Below are positions 48,512 through 61,325 of a DNA stretch of 64,000 nt, piece by piece (the first letter of the stretch is position 1; each line of letters begins with the position of its first letter). The notes below the pieces were generated by a model. It was not told the origin of the DNA. It did no database searches and saw only the letters and a program-made list of their open reading frames with translations. A program made the translations under genes and the position numbers. Source of the DNA: Lama glama (taxonomy: Eukaryota); assembly GCA_028534125.1 (NCBI GenBank), contig CM052832.1:20400001-20464000 (forward strand), given 5' to 3'.

Positions 48512-49905
48512 GGCTGCTGTCCCCAAGGAGCTGGCAATAACCTCCCCTGCCTGAAAAAAAAAAAGGGTTTCCCTTCACACTATCTCCTTCCACCACACAC
48601 TCAGACTCATGTAGGAAGACTCTCTATATGATCAGAGGAAAGACTTAAAAATTGCTTCTCCCCAACTCATAACATAGTGATTAGTTTACATTATTGCATA
48701 AATGCCATGTAACTGATCATCTCCCATCATGTCCTGGGGTCAAGTGTCAATAGTCAAGACGGTATGGAAGGTTAGAAGGGCAGAAGAGACAGATCCAGAA
48801 AGGATGGGCTGATTTTGTCATATGGCTTAGAATTGCTATACATGATTTTATGTACAACAGGTACATAATAAATTTGCCTTATTTCCAGGTATAATCTATA
48901 GCACCGTGTTGTCATCTTTAATACTTCACTGTAATTCAATCTCTTTATTAAAAAAATAGTTTAATGATGTGAACAAAATATAGGCACAAAGGAGAAAATA
49001 GTCACATATCTCATTAATTCATTTGCCTAAATAAAAGCAGAGGGCTGGGGAAAACCTCAGGCGCTCAGCTTCCCTCCCCCACTTGCCCTCTGGATGCACT
49101 GCATTGAGTCCACCATCATTAAGTGCAATGAGTGGGGAAGACACATTAATACAAAGAAATGCTGAGCAGGTAAAAGAAAATCAAGTCACTGTTGACAGAG
49201 GACAGACTCCTAATTCACACACATACACACACACACCAAAGCGAAACTACACCAATTGCCAAACCGTGCCTCTGTCCTCTCACATTTGACCAACTTGGAA
49301 AGTATCCTCATATCAGAAGGACTCTCCCTTCTCTTCTTACAGAACGCATTCTTCGAAATGCCTTGGTGAAATCGAGGATTATTTATTTTCAATTTTCAAA
49401 TAGTCAAACATAAAAAGGAGTCCCACACCAGCTGGACTCCTCGGCCATCAGGCCCCAGTAGTAACTGACTCTCTGTCTGTAAGAGGAGGTGAGGTGCAAT
49501 TATGTCTCAGGAATTTTAAGGTCTTTACAATTAAAATCTGTTATCTAAAATGGAAAAAGAAAGGGACACTTTGAAGCTTGTAGAAGACTGCACCGCTCTT
49601 TTTAAAGTCACAAAAATACTCCTGAGGGTGCAGTAAGAAACATTCCATCGTCCCCAGAGGGCTTCAGTTGTGGGGAGGTTGAGTCCGGGTGAGCAGACAG
49701 AAGGTGGCAGGGGCCTCTTCCTGGGTCTTGTGACAGGACAAGAATCCAGGAACTACCTGTCCTCAAATATGTTTGATGTTCTTCCCTGTTCCTGAACTCC
49801 CAAGCAAACTTTAAGTCATAACCTCTCTCTGCCAACACCAGTCAACCTCTAACCGAAAATACTGTGATTTTTTTTTAAGTGCTTTATGTTACAGTGCTAT
49901 AAATG

Positions 49906-50320
49906 GGTGCCAGTTACAGTTCAATCAGGGAAGAAGAACCAGTAGGAGATAGACTTTAAGAGATTTCTTGCAAGGAAGTGGCTCATGCAGTAGTAGGGTC
50001 TGGCAAAGCAAGTCTGAAATCCATAGTGCGCACCTTCAGGAAAGGTCGGCTAGAACTCTGGGGCATGAACAGAAGTGGACATTCCACAGGAGGAATTTCT
50101 TTTTCTTCAGGGAAACGTCAGTTCTGCTTTTAAAGCTTCCAGTTGATGGAATCCAGTCTTCCATATTATCTAGGATTTTCTATCCCTTACTTAAACTCAG
50201 TCGATTATGGACTTTAATAGTATCCACCAAGGACCTTCCCAGCAACACCTACATCCATGATACACTGGATGACTGGCAGCTGTAGCCTGGCCATGTTGTC
50301 ACATCAAAAAGGCCATCACC
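49906..50320 (-). mobile_element. MLT2 (ERVL) solo LTR, MLT2D/E-like
   Basis: gttcaatcagggaagaagaaccagtaggaga; gcaagtctgaaatcc; ccttcccagcaacacctac; tgtagcctggccatgttgtcacat...ccatcac; 5-bp TSD-like AAATG / ATATG. Confidence 0.85.
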
Positions 50321-50505
50321 ATATGTATGTGCCAAGGCACTTTTCTAAGGACTTCATACCCCACCTCATTTATTAACCTCACAACCTGATGAGGAAACTG
50401 AGGTACAGAGTAACAGAGTAAATTTGTTCAAGCTGGTGTAGTAAGTACAACTGGACCAGCATTCCAGCCCAGGTGGTCTGGTTCCAGAGACTATGCTTCC
50501 ACTAT
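50321..50505 (-). mobile_element. MIR
   Basis: tatgtgccaaggcacttttctaag; cctcacaac; gatgaggaaactgaggtacagag; cccaggtggtctggttccagag. Confidence 0.85.
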
Positions 50506-51599
50506 GACTTGCTGATTTCCTTTGGATTCAATCTTTCCAGATGCTTTAAAAAGTATTTCCTAGAATGTTCAGTGTTGTTTTGTCAAAGGTGAATTGCTTT
50601 TCCCATCAAAATGTCTCAATGTACTCCAGAATACATTCCAATTTCTCTATCTGCAATGTTCATTTTCTTTACGGTCATGATGTTTCTGAGAATTACTGTT
50701 GTAATTACCCTGTTGTATTACTGTTGTAATAGATACATATTAATATTAATTTCTCTGTCTTGTACTGAGTAATTTTGTTTCACCCTCACTGAAAACAACT
50801 GTATTTAAAATCTATTTTATAGGTGAGCTAAGAAACACTTGGTTAATTCAAAGGTCTTAAGCTGACAGACTTAGTGGCAGAGATAGAAATGGTACTTCAG
50901 GTGTTCAAGAAACGATCGTTCAATTGTCCTACAAACCAGATGAAGTTTCTCTTTGCTGCTTGCAAATGGGAGTGAGCAATGGAAACAACAACATTTCGGA
51001 AAGGAAAAAAAAGGCAACTATGATAAAAGTTCATAAATAGTATAGAAATTATTGGGGAATTTAATCATTTTACATAAGAATTTTTTCCCATGAATAATTG
51101 CTGAGGAGAAGAAAACTCATTTGTGTCAAGACTCATGGTGGTTGATGGCCGCATGTGGCTTATTTTTCCAGGCTGTCGAAGGTGTGAGGAGTTGGGCTGT
51201 ACCTGCCCTTCCTGCTGACCTTCACAAGCCTGTAAGGTAAAGACCTCAGCAGGCAGGTGTGAGGACTCCTGAATATGTTTACCAACCAGAGAGACCTGCT
51301 CTGACAGTACTGCCAAGTTGCCTTCTGTTAGAAATCCCAGCAACATCCCGGCTGTCCTGACCCTGGGGTGCACACACAACTAACAAGGCTTGTTGGCGAG
51401 ATGTCACCCCCCACCTGTCACCTAGAACACACGTCACCTCCTCCATTCCTCACTGAATCCTCACTGAGGAATACTTCATTCTTCAGATGGCTATTTTAGG
51501 GGACTGAAGGATCAAATAAAACTGCCACAGGGAAGGCACAGACTTACTACAAAATTCCTACCAGTAGGTCACCTCTTTCTTGCTTGTTCCCTTTTTGTT

Positions 51600-52234
51600 T
51601 CCTTCTTCCAAATTATTTAAAATTATTAAATATTTGAAATACATAAATATAAAGTAACTGATACCTACGTACCACTGAGATTAAACAGATGTCAGCATAT
51701 TTGGTCTTACTTGCCTTAGATTGTTTAAAAGATAGCAAATATTACAGAATTAGCTAAAACCATACTCCTTCCCTTTTTCTAGCCCATGTTCCCAGGGTGT
51801 AATAATCACCATGGAGTTGCTGCCTGTCATTCCCATTCATATTGCTGTGCTCAGACCATCCATCTTTCAGTCTATCTGCCAACCTACCTATCCATCTATC
51901 GTCTCTCTATCCACATGATTTTGAGTCTTTTACTATATATTTGGCACCTGATTAGATGTATCTGTTTGCAATTAGCTTTTATTATTCAATGTTATGTTTT
52001 TGAGATTGGTACATGATGATAGAAATAGATCTAGTTCTATTATTTTCTTTTTTGTTTTTTTTTCCATTTGTTCGTTTGCTATTACAAACAGCAGTGCAAT
52101 AACCATAACTATATGACTTCCTGTGAGCATGGATTAGAGGTTCAAGAGGGAGAACATCTAATAGTAGAATGATCACGTTATTTGGCGTGTGTATTGAACT
52201 TTTTAAAATATAGCCAAATCGCTTTCCAAAGCAG
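51600..52234 (-). mobile_element. Old LINE-1 (L1ME3/4-like) 3' region
   Basis: ttatgtttttgagatt; ttgctattacaaacagcagtgcaataac; tagtagaatg; gccaaatcgctttccaaag. Confidence 0.75.
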
Positions 52235-52875
52235 AAAACTTGAGACTTGGACATGGGAATGGAAAATGGCATAGCCAAGTTTCCAACTCTGACCTGTCTG
52301 GCTACAAAGCTCATTCTTTGCCCCCGACATTCTCAGCCCTAGTTTTTTAACCTAAGCACTGAAGTATCTCTTAAGTCCTTCAGAGCTCCAAACCAGGAGA
52401 TGAGAGTGGGAAAGTCTGAAAAGAAGGAAAGCTTTCCTTCTCTCTGCAATGCAAAACAGCTAGGACAAGGAAGCTCTTCTACTGTGCCGTGCTCGTGTGT
52501 CTGCAACTGAACTGTAAGTCTCTTTCCCCTTGTTTGGTTCTTGAAGATAGCTTATTACCACTCTCGGTGTAATTTCCCACCGTTCACCATGGAAGCTGAA
52601 ATGTCTTACAGTAAGCATTAAACCACATGTCACATGAGGACAGATGGAAGGACACAGAAACAAAGGAGAGAGCCTTGTGTGAAAGAAAGAGTATATATAT
52701 AAAAAGGCATCAAAGTATGACTTTTTTAAATTAAAGAGGATTCATATTTTACATCGGGAAGATTGCAGTTTGAGCAAGGTATACCTTGCATTCTCTCTCA
52801 TTCTCAGCACACTATATCAGGCACACCGTTAAGTCCCTAAACGAGGCAAGAGCCTGGCACTTGGGCTTATGGAGT

Positions 52876-53100
52876 TGTAATCAGGAAGAAGAAATCTGAC
52901 TCCATATCAGATCTGTTTCTTTTACTTTGATCTTTATATTCTATTGCTTTTGTTACAAGTCAGTCACTAAAAGGATGTTGCCTATAGCTTAAAGTGTACA
53001 TTAATGGCCCATCTCAGGGAACCCCGTCTCCCATGCCCAAGCATTATGCTAAAATACCTTTGTTTAAGCTCTCAGGAAACATCCTGACCAGATCCACCTT
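52876..53100 (+). mobile_element. ERV LTR 5' portion (cetartiodactyl-type)
   Basis: Starts tgtaa; gaagaagaaatctgactccatatcagatctgtttcttttactttgatctttatattctattgcttttg resembles artiodactyl ERV LTR starts; no 3' CA end seen. Confidence 0.65.
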
Positions 53101-53257
53101 CACAGAACTTATCTGCATATGAAATGATTAAATCTGTAATATATTATTTTCTTCTTTTCCTACTGGCATATAATCTCCATAAATGCACGGGCCTTCTTTG
53201 TTTTAAATACTGGCATCGTCATTTCCTCAATCAGTGATTGTTAAATGAATTAATAAA
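53101..53257 (+). mobile_element. L2 3' end
   Basis: cacagaacttatc...tactggcatataatctccataaatgcacgggcc...ttgttaaatgaattaat. Confidence 0.6.
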
Positions 53258-53414
53258 ATACATTCTTTCCTCTATAAAACCAGGAAAGTTCCATTTACTA
53301 TGGGTGTATAAGAAAGAAAGCTACAAATAGCGCTAAAGCCATCCCCGCTCCTAAAATGCATCAATGGTTTATTGACTCACAAATACTTTTAAAAATGTTT
53401 CCGAGGAGAAGAGG

Positions 53415-53425
53415 CAAGATGGCGG
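53415..53425 (+). promoter_or_regulatory. YY1-type motif CAAGATGGCGG at the L1 5' end
   Basis: Matches the YY1 consensus and sits ~13 nt into the L1 5'UTR, the position known from other mammalian L1s. Confidence 0.7.
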
Positions 53426-53472
53426 AGTAGAAGGACGCTTGTAAGTCACCCTCTCCCACAAATACACCAAGA

Positions 53473-53972
53473 NNNNNNNNNNNNNNNNNNNNNNNNNNNN
53501 NNNNNNNNNNNNNNNNNNNNNNNNNNNNNNNNNNNNNNNNNNNNNNNNNNNNNNNNNNNNNNNNNNNNNNNNNNNNNNNNNNNNNNNNNNNNNNNNNNNN
53601 NNNNNNNNNNNNNNNNNNNNNNNNNNNNNNNNNNNNNNNNNNNNNNNNNNNNNNNNNNNNNNNNNNNNNNNNNNNNNNNNNNNNNNNNNNNNNNNNNNNN
53701 NNNNNNNNNNNNNNNNNNNNNNNNNNNNNNNNNNNNNNNNNNNNNNNNNNNNNNNNNNNNNNNNNNNNNNNNNNNNNNNNNNNNNNNNNNNNNNNNNNNN
53801 NNNNNNNNNNNNNNNNNNNNNNNNNNNNNNNNNNNNNNNNNNNNNNNNNNNNNNNNNNNNNNNNNNNNNNNNNNNNNNNNNNNNNNNNNNNNNNNNNNNN
53901 NNNNNNNNNNNNNNNNNNNNNNNNNNNNNNNNNNNNNNNNNNNNNNNNNNNNNNNNNNNNNNNNNNNNNNNN
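53473..53972. other. Assembly gap (exactly 500 N)
   Basis: N run lying inside the L1. Confidence 0.99.
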
Positions 53973-56524
53973 ATGATAAATCACAGAGAAAAAAATGTGA
54001 CAATGAGTGTGTATATGTCCATGAATGACTGAAAAATTGTGCTGAACAATGGAATTTGACACAACATTGTAAAATGATTATAAATCAATAAAAAATGTTA
54101 AAAAAATAAATAAAAATGTTTCCCATTTCACTGTGTCACCATTACCCATTCCATTCTAAGGCGATTCAAAGAGAGTCCTTTAGAGTTCTCTTGGTCTCAT
54201 CCGTACACATGAGTTCAGAAAAGTGACACATACACAAACAATTTAAGAATGAATCCAAAAAAGTTTATGCTATGGGATACACAGGGCTACTGCAGAAGTT
54301 AGAAAGAGTGTAGAATAAAATAAATAGGATTTGTTCTTTCAGAATTAGGTTAATAACAAACAGCCAAGCATGTCAATATCCATTCCATTAACCCAAAATC
54401 TGTATTACAATCTTTATTGTAAACCTGATGTGGCATTTTTATCTGAACAATAAAATGAAGGTAGAGCACTGTACAGAGGTAGCAATCGACAAACATAATT
54501 AGCAATAAAAACTTTAGATCTGAATAGTCTGGAGATCATTATAGGTTTAACTTAGGGAACAAACAGATTTTACTGATGGATTTGTAGATCGAATTCTAGG
54601 ATTTGAAAAACGAAAACCAAAAACTCTAGTCTACTTAATCTAGAACAAGACTAGCCCCGTTGCCTTTGAGTGAAGCACAATCTAAGGTTATAGAATCTCC
54701 TCTTCCTTTATGATATTTAGGCATCTGGAATAACATTTCACCTAACGAACAGAGGGACTGTACAAATAGATAGCCTCATATTTGCATCCAACACCAAGAC
54801 TGAGTGCCCTCTCTCTCTCAGAATACTTGTAAATTCAGTAAGTGCCTCCCACAGGCTTTACACTGTCACTTGATTTACAATTTTCTGCCATTACACACAG
54901 ACTTCCTAATCATCCCCAGCAGTTTTGGCAGGCACCTATAATTGGCGGAGGAACTAAAGTACACTTTGGATGGTAGCTCCCTGATGCCGTGTGGCATCCA
55001 TTTTATCAGCTCAGGTGACTGAGTTCAAGATGAGTGATGGTGTGTTGCTAGGGATTCTCGTCCACGTACGTGAGTCCCACCATCTCCACAGACACCAAAA
55101 GCCGCACCTTCTCCTGCCTTATCTCTGGGTTTCCTCTCCCCGTGGAATGTCTCAGCAGCACAGCTACAGCCGTGCTTTTCAAAGCCAAGCGCTGAATTCA
55201 GGTTCCACTCCCCTGCCAGCTCAATGCTTCATTGATTTTCCTTTATTGTTTCCAAATATATTCTGTAGCTAAATGAGCGGTAGACAGGATTTTTAAAGTT
55301 TGTATAAGGATTTAGTGAAGATTAAATATGTGAAGAATAAGTAAAGAATTAAATAAAGAATTAAAAATAGTGAAGAATACCCAAATGTTTGGGTATTCAT
55401 ACATTGCTTATCTACTCTCTTTGGAAGCAGTGGGATAGCATCCAAGAAGAATTTTATACTCTTGCCAACATTTCTTGTTCTAAGTTGGGTGAAAATTGCA
55501 TGTGGTCCTTCTTTAATACTTGTATGTTTTCAATCTTAGCAATTGTCAGAAATTGATTTAATAAGTAATTTTGAGAAACAAACAGGTAAATCAAACTCAA
55601 TTTGGAATTTCAAAAACTTGTGTTTTGGGCCACAAATATAAGTATGCTCTATTTTGTCGAAAATGGTCTGTGTGACCAAACTGAACAGAGTGATAGTGAA
55701 AGTAATGGTTCAGAAGCTGTAAGTCTTGGTTTTGCAATGATTTCTTTTTATTAATCTGGGTGATCTTTTGTTTCCTTGGTTCTTTCATTGGCAAAATTTA
55801 CAAATCACAGCCTATGGGTTTCTCAAAAAGAATTTTAGTGCTTTATGAATATAAAAGAACATCAGATAATTGGTGGTAGTGCATGACTTCCTCTGGGATC
55901 ACATATTAAGTAAACAGAAAGATCCCAAGGGGTCCACATTATATAATGTCTGTAGGAGGACCATTATTTGTATGAGCCAAATTCCTAAGTGCCTCAGTTG
56001 ATCAATAACGACTGAGCATAAAAGAAAATCAGGCCTGTTGTATCAGAAAATAGGTCTCTATTATCTTTGTGGAAACTTCTCAGACAATGAGTTTTTTACT
56101 CCTTACTCCCCTAGATTCTGCTGACCATCTAATAATACTCAGGAATATCTTTCTCAAACACTTTATTATTGTAACATTCACTTCACTTGATCACACACCT
56201 AGCAGGAGTCCTTTAGTATATACAGCATCAAAGTTACACTTAAAGGTTCGATATCAGCAGTATTTCTTCTTCCTTAACACGTAATGACACAATTTTATAT
56301 ATAACGGTTAGACACGTTGTTGGTTATTTTTCCCAAAAGTTCAGCCACATGTGATTTTCATAAGGTCACCTGGGCATCATTTATTGGCTGATCCCCCCAT
56401 AAAAAAAGTGCTGGCATTTACTAATCACATAAAATCATGTCAAGCTAAGCCTTGGACATATACATCTCTGAATAAATAAATAAATGCTTTATATAGTCTA
56501 TGTAAGCAAATATAATAGGTAGCC

Positions 56525-56783
56525 ATAATATCATAGCTACCATTTATTGAGTCCTTACTCTATAAAAGACAAGGAGCTAAACATTTATAAGCATAACTCA
56601 TTTTATTCTTACAGTTAATAACCCTAAGAGGCAAGACCATTACCATTTCTGTTTTCAGGATGAGTAAAATACGAGTCAGAGTGGGTAAGTGCCTTGCCCT
56701 AAGTTGCAGAACTTATAAGAGACAGGGCTGAGACTCAAGTTTAGGCTCTTGTTTTCAGAGACCATGTCCACCTGGCTGCGCTG
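56525..56783 (-). mobile_element. MIR, near full length
   Basis: atagctaccatttattgagtccttact; aaccctaagaggca; ttttcaggatgagtaaa; ggtaagtgccttgccctaag; cagggctgagactcaa. Confidence 0.85.
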
Positions 56784-59700
56784 TCACCAACATCCCTGAC
56801 TACACAAAGCCCGGGTTTTGGAGATGGTGGCTCAACATGCTGATCATTCACTATCAGACTCTGACCATTCCATCTCCTGCATGTCTTTATATACACTGAC
56901 TGCTCCTAAACACCGACCTTCCAGACTGACAACTCATTTTTTATGGATGTGTAGTGGATTTGGATGAAGCAACTGCTATGGACACAAGCCACTGTCCCCA
57001 GAACCTTGGGGTGTCCCCAGCCCCATAAAGGTAGAGTAGAATGTTAGATTGTTTAGAGATTCAGAAACTCATCCTCACATTTTATGTACTATAGAAATGC
57101 CTTGGTTACTTCTACCAAAAGCACAGTTGCATGTACTTTCTCACATCATTACTCCAATAAATTAATGCCTAAACATCAAATAGCAATGCAAATAATACCC
57201 TTATGGGTTAATTCCCAAGCAGTCACAGAAACAACTGAAAATAGTTCAGTCAGTGACTGTTCACCTTTTTTAAAATTATACATTTCTGAGAAATTATTTA
57301 TTTTGCTGCTCAAAAAGCCTTAAGTAATTCCTATAAGAAAATGGGTATTAATTCTACAATATGCATTTGTGTGTATTTTGGGGAACTTAAGAGCCTAGCG
57401 TAAGGTAAGGAGTACGTATATGCTTTTGAGTTGTGACAGGGATGGCTTTTGGTAGAATCTGCCTGTAATGTTCAAAATCTTTATTTTGTTCTGGACAATG
57501 CCATGTTGCTTTCGCAAAATCCAAGCACTGAATTAACTGTTTTATCTGAGAATAATGAGACTGGTAACTGTGTTTCAGATAAAACATATGAATACATATA
57601 TAACATTTTTAACAAGGTAATAATTATATTATTAAGATCTGCTATGTTCTGGGCATAGCCAGATTTTCATTATTAACTTAATATGAGGTCTTCACACCAA
57701 TGATCCAACAAACTCCAGCTGAATCATAGGCGTGACTTGGACTATTTGGTCTGATGGATATAACCCTTTTCCTCCTTTAGACTAAACTCTGAAGTCAGTC
57801 AACTACTTATATTTAACCCAGCAATGACTCATTGGATATCATTTTTAGTTTTGATATAAAAAATGTGTTTTCTGCTTACAATATCAATTAATTATCAGTG
57901 AAAGGAACTTATCTTTATATTATTTTGTAGGAACCCACTCAACCAGTTTTTACTGCTTCTAATTTTAACCAGGACATGCAAAATCACTTAGTGCTAACTA
58001 AGTAGTATTTAGTTCAAATGCTAAAAATTATCTGGGTGCACAACTTAAGATATCTGTTTAACTATGATTAGTCATACATTTCATATACTCGGCAGCCTTT
58101 TACGGAATTTGTAATACAGTCTTCATTCTTTTTTACCCAGAAATATACTCATTATAATGTTGGCCCTTGCAAGGCAGAAAAATGATGACGCTTGTTTCCT
58201 TTCCTCAGTTTTATGGATTGATATTTCATTACTTAACACCCTGAGTGCATATGGTGGTCTTCTGTACTTACAGAGGATACAAACTTAGGGACCATAGATC
58301 TTTCACTGACTCTCTTTACTGATTTTTCCTTCAGTGTGCTGTGGCCAATGGTGGTGCAAGTGCACTGCCCTTTACCCATCATGTATCCAGTCAGAGGACT
58401 GAGTGTCAGCTCACGGCAGCTCACAGATTGAAGCATGTAACAGGCAAAATTGACTGGCTTTAGATTTTTTTTTAATGTGCCAATAATATCAGATAACTTA
58501 AGGAGAAATTACTGCATTTTTGCTCTTTTTCTCTTTTTTTGTTCCTGTGCATGCTTACTAATTTTGATTTTAAAGAAAAATGTTAATTTCATATATGTTT
58601 ATTAATGTTAAACTGCCACACATGACATGTGAAAAACAGTTTAAACTGATAATATTCTTATGTATCAAAATGTCAGAAATGCTCAAAAGAGAGTTCTGGT
58701 TAAAATTTTAAGGAAACATTTTAACATACAAAAATTTAAACACGTACACATACAGAAGGGGAAAACCAAGCAATGATTCACTATTATTTTACTCTAGCAA
58801 ATGTCATAGGAAAACATCAACTTATTCTCAGATAATAAAGTCTAGTGTATCAAAGTATTAGAAGAAAAGTAAATTCTAAAGAAGTCACAAATTTGCAAAA
58901 CAAACAAGAAATAACTGCTTAATCAACTAAATTCTGTAGGAGACTATATAATTTATAGATATTATCATTTGACCATAATATTAAGGGCCAGTTTATCACG
59001 TGTATCTAACAGCACTTTGAAAGTTTTAGATCCAAAATACATTTCTGAGAGAAAGACATCCAGCTTCTAAAAGAAGATTTTGAGAACGCATGAAAGCGCT
59101 ATTTACTGATGTTACGGTCTGCAAAATACTAATCCAAGGCCAGAAGCAAATCATGCAGTTCACAAAATTTAGCAACAATAAGCTTTTCACCAGAACTTAA
59201 TTTTTTCCTAAAGAATCATTTTGCTAACGTTTGAAATTCTATTCTATTCCTCATAGAATACCTTTCAAAAAATGGCTCAACAGTGATTTGGTGAAAGATT
59301 AGGATGGTATTTTTATACAATGTAAAGTACCCCACTCATCAGGCACCTACTACAATGAAAAAAAGTGTGCTATGATGTCAAAAATGACCACGACAGCATG
59401 TCACCAAGAAAGCAGTCATCATTTTCCAGGTTCAACTGCAGTGTATCCACCAGAGCGTAAAAATATTCAAGATTTGCGTCACAGGCAAAAGTAGCTCATA
59501 TTCTAAAACTTCAGAGAAAGCACAAGAACAAGAGGGGAAAAATCACATTGTTTTTATCTCTGTGTGACTGAAGGGACACAGTCATTCTGTGTGTATATGG
59601 AGTAAGCTTCCATTTCCTCTGTTCCACAGATAAACACCCTGCTAATTGCAGAGAGCCACAAGACGTGGAACCAAATATTTCAACCTGGCACAAACAAGAA

Positions 59701-61144
59701 AGAGAAAAACAAAGCCTTGGTAGATGAAACACTCTGAGATCTAGAGTGTGGTGTTTCTCCTTCTTTGTCAGAATATACACATATACATGTAAAGCACCCT
59801 GAGATTTTACTGTTTCTTCCTTATGATGCACGCCCGACAACTATAAATTATGATACACAGCGACTGCTTCAACAGTTGCATTTCCTTTCAAACTGAAGCG
59901 TAATTTGTAAAGGGAGAAAACAAGTTCATGGTGGGTTCCTATCTCACTTTAAATATTGCAAGAATAATTAATTTCTAAACCACAGTTGCAAAAATACAAA
60001 AGTATGCTGAGTTATGAGATTAGGAGTATCTGTGATTTAGTGTATGGGTGCTGTTGGTCACATTAAAGATCTGTGTTCTCATAAACAGGAATTGTACTAC
60101 AAAGCACCCTAACTCAAGGGTGTAAAGAAAATCTACTTAGGAAAAAAAAAGCTGTTGACTTACTGAGCTACTAAATCATAAAGAAATTCTCCGAGAGGAT
60201 TCCAAAGAAATTTCTAAGGAAAGAGAATTTCCAAGGGAAAAGTTCTATTTTCCAGTGGAACCAAGGGAACTGGAAAATGGGTTGTAACTATGAATGTTGA
60301 GGACGACAGAATCCTGTGACTTACAGCAAGAGCCTGCAATCAGAACTTCTACTTTTTTTGAAGTAGCAGCAGGGATACAACCCAGAAAAGGATGCCGGCA
60401 GCCAAAGCTGCCTGAGGAGATGGTCCATGGGCTTTGGAGCATGGGCCAAGAGAAAATGAAAACCCATTCTAGGAAAGGGGTTATTAAGAACCAAGCAGGT
60501 GGTCTAAACTAAGTTAAAGGGTTTGGGCAAAAAGGCAGGTGCCAGTCCTAAGGCAACAAGATGCAAATCAAAGATACCAGAGTAAATCTACCGTGTGTAG
60601 AACAGGCTGGCTCACCTGGCAGCTTTTATAGGATGCTTTTAGCCACATGCCTGGGTGGCAGGAAGATTAAGGCCACTGATCTGGTTCATCCAGCATGATG
60701 ATCACATCATCTGATTTTTTTGTGGGGGGGTTATGTATGGTGAAAAAGGAAGTATAATAAATAAAAGCTGTGTGTGAATATGTGTGTGCAAACACACATT
60801 TGTAACCATAGTTAAAATAATAGCTTAAAGGGACATAACCACAAGCCCCATCCGGGCAGGGCCTGTGGGGTGTTTTCTGTTCTTTTTGTTTTTTTAATCT
60901 TTCTATTTCCAGCAACTAACACAGTTTATGTATTACAATGAATGTTTATTTAATGACTGAATAAGGAAGAACTTTTGTCTCTTCTTTTACACTGTACTTC
61001 GAAGTTCTATCAATCAGGGATGAACAGTTGTACTTAAATTCTTTGATTCCCAAATAATAAAATTAATAACCATACCTTATCAGAAAGTTATCACTATCTT
61101 TTTAATCTTAAGTCTGTTTTTATCAAAAAATTAAATAACTCTAA

Positions 61145-61325
61145 GCAAGTTGCCCTGTGGGAAGAGGGAGCCAGAGGAGATGGGAGAACCTTGTCGAGTG
61201 CCACAGAAATTCCACATCCTGATCTGGGTGGGAGGGGGTCACATGGGAACACACTTAAGTATACTTCATCACACTGCACACCTGAGATCAGCGCACTTGA
61301 CCGTGTGTAAATTATACCTCCAACA
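61145..61325 (+). mobile_element. L1ME-type 3' terminal fragment
   Basis: catcctgatctgggtgg; tcacatggg; ttcatcacactgcacacctgagat; gtgtgtaaattatacctc. Confidence 0.75.

Larger units (their letters stand above)
53403..54111 (+). mobile_element. Young LINE-1: 5'UTR start and 3' end flanking an assembly gap
   Basis: 5' end gaggagaagaggcaagatggcggagtagaaggacg; 3' end ttgacacaacattgtaaaatgattataaatcaataaaa + A-rich tail; perfect TSD AAAAATGTTTCC at 53391-53402 and 54112-54123. Confidence 0.9.

Noticed and set aside
50694..50730. Three CTGTTGTA units, and similar small duplications near 11625, 33115 and 51448
   Set aside because: Ordinary slippage duplications; no repeat-spacer (CRISPR-like) organisation, and the DNA is mammalian.
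22497..55398. Apparent ~10-11.5 kb spacing of the four long palindromes
   Set aside because: Four points with unrelated sequences, no equivalent found near 11 kb, and the last interval spans a gap of unknown true size.
58182..58244. Second C/D-box-like pair
   Set aside because: Only a weak terminal stem and no identifiable target.
60330..60660. Possible old Gypsy/ERV LTR remnant
   Set aside because: Composition is suggestive, but I cannot match diagnostic termini.
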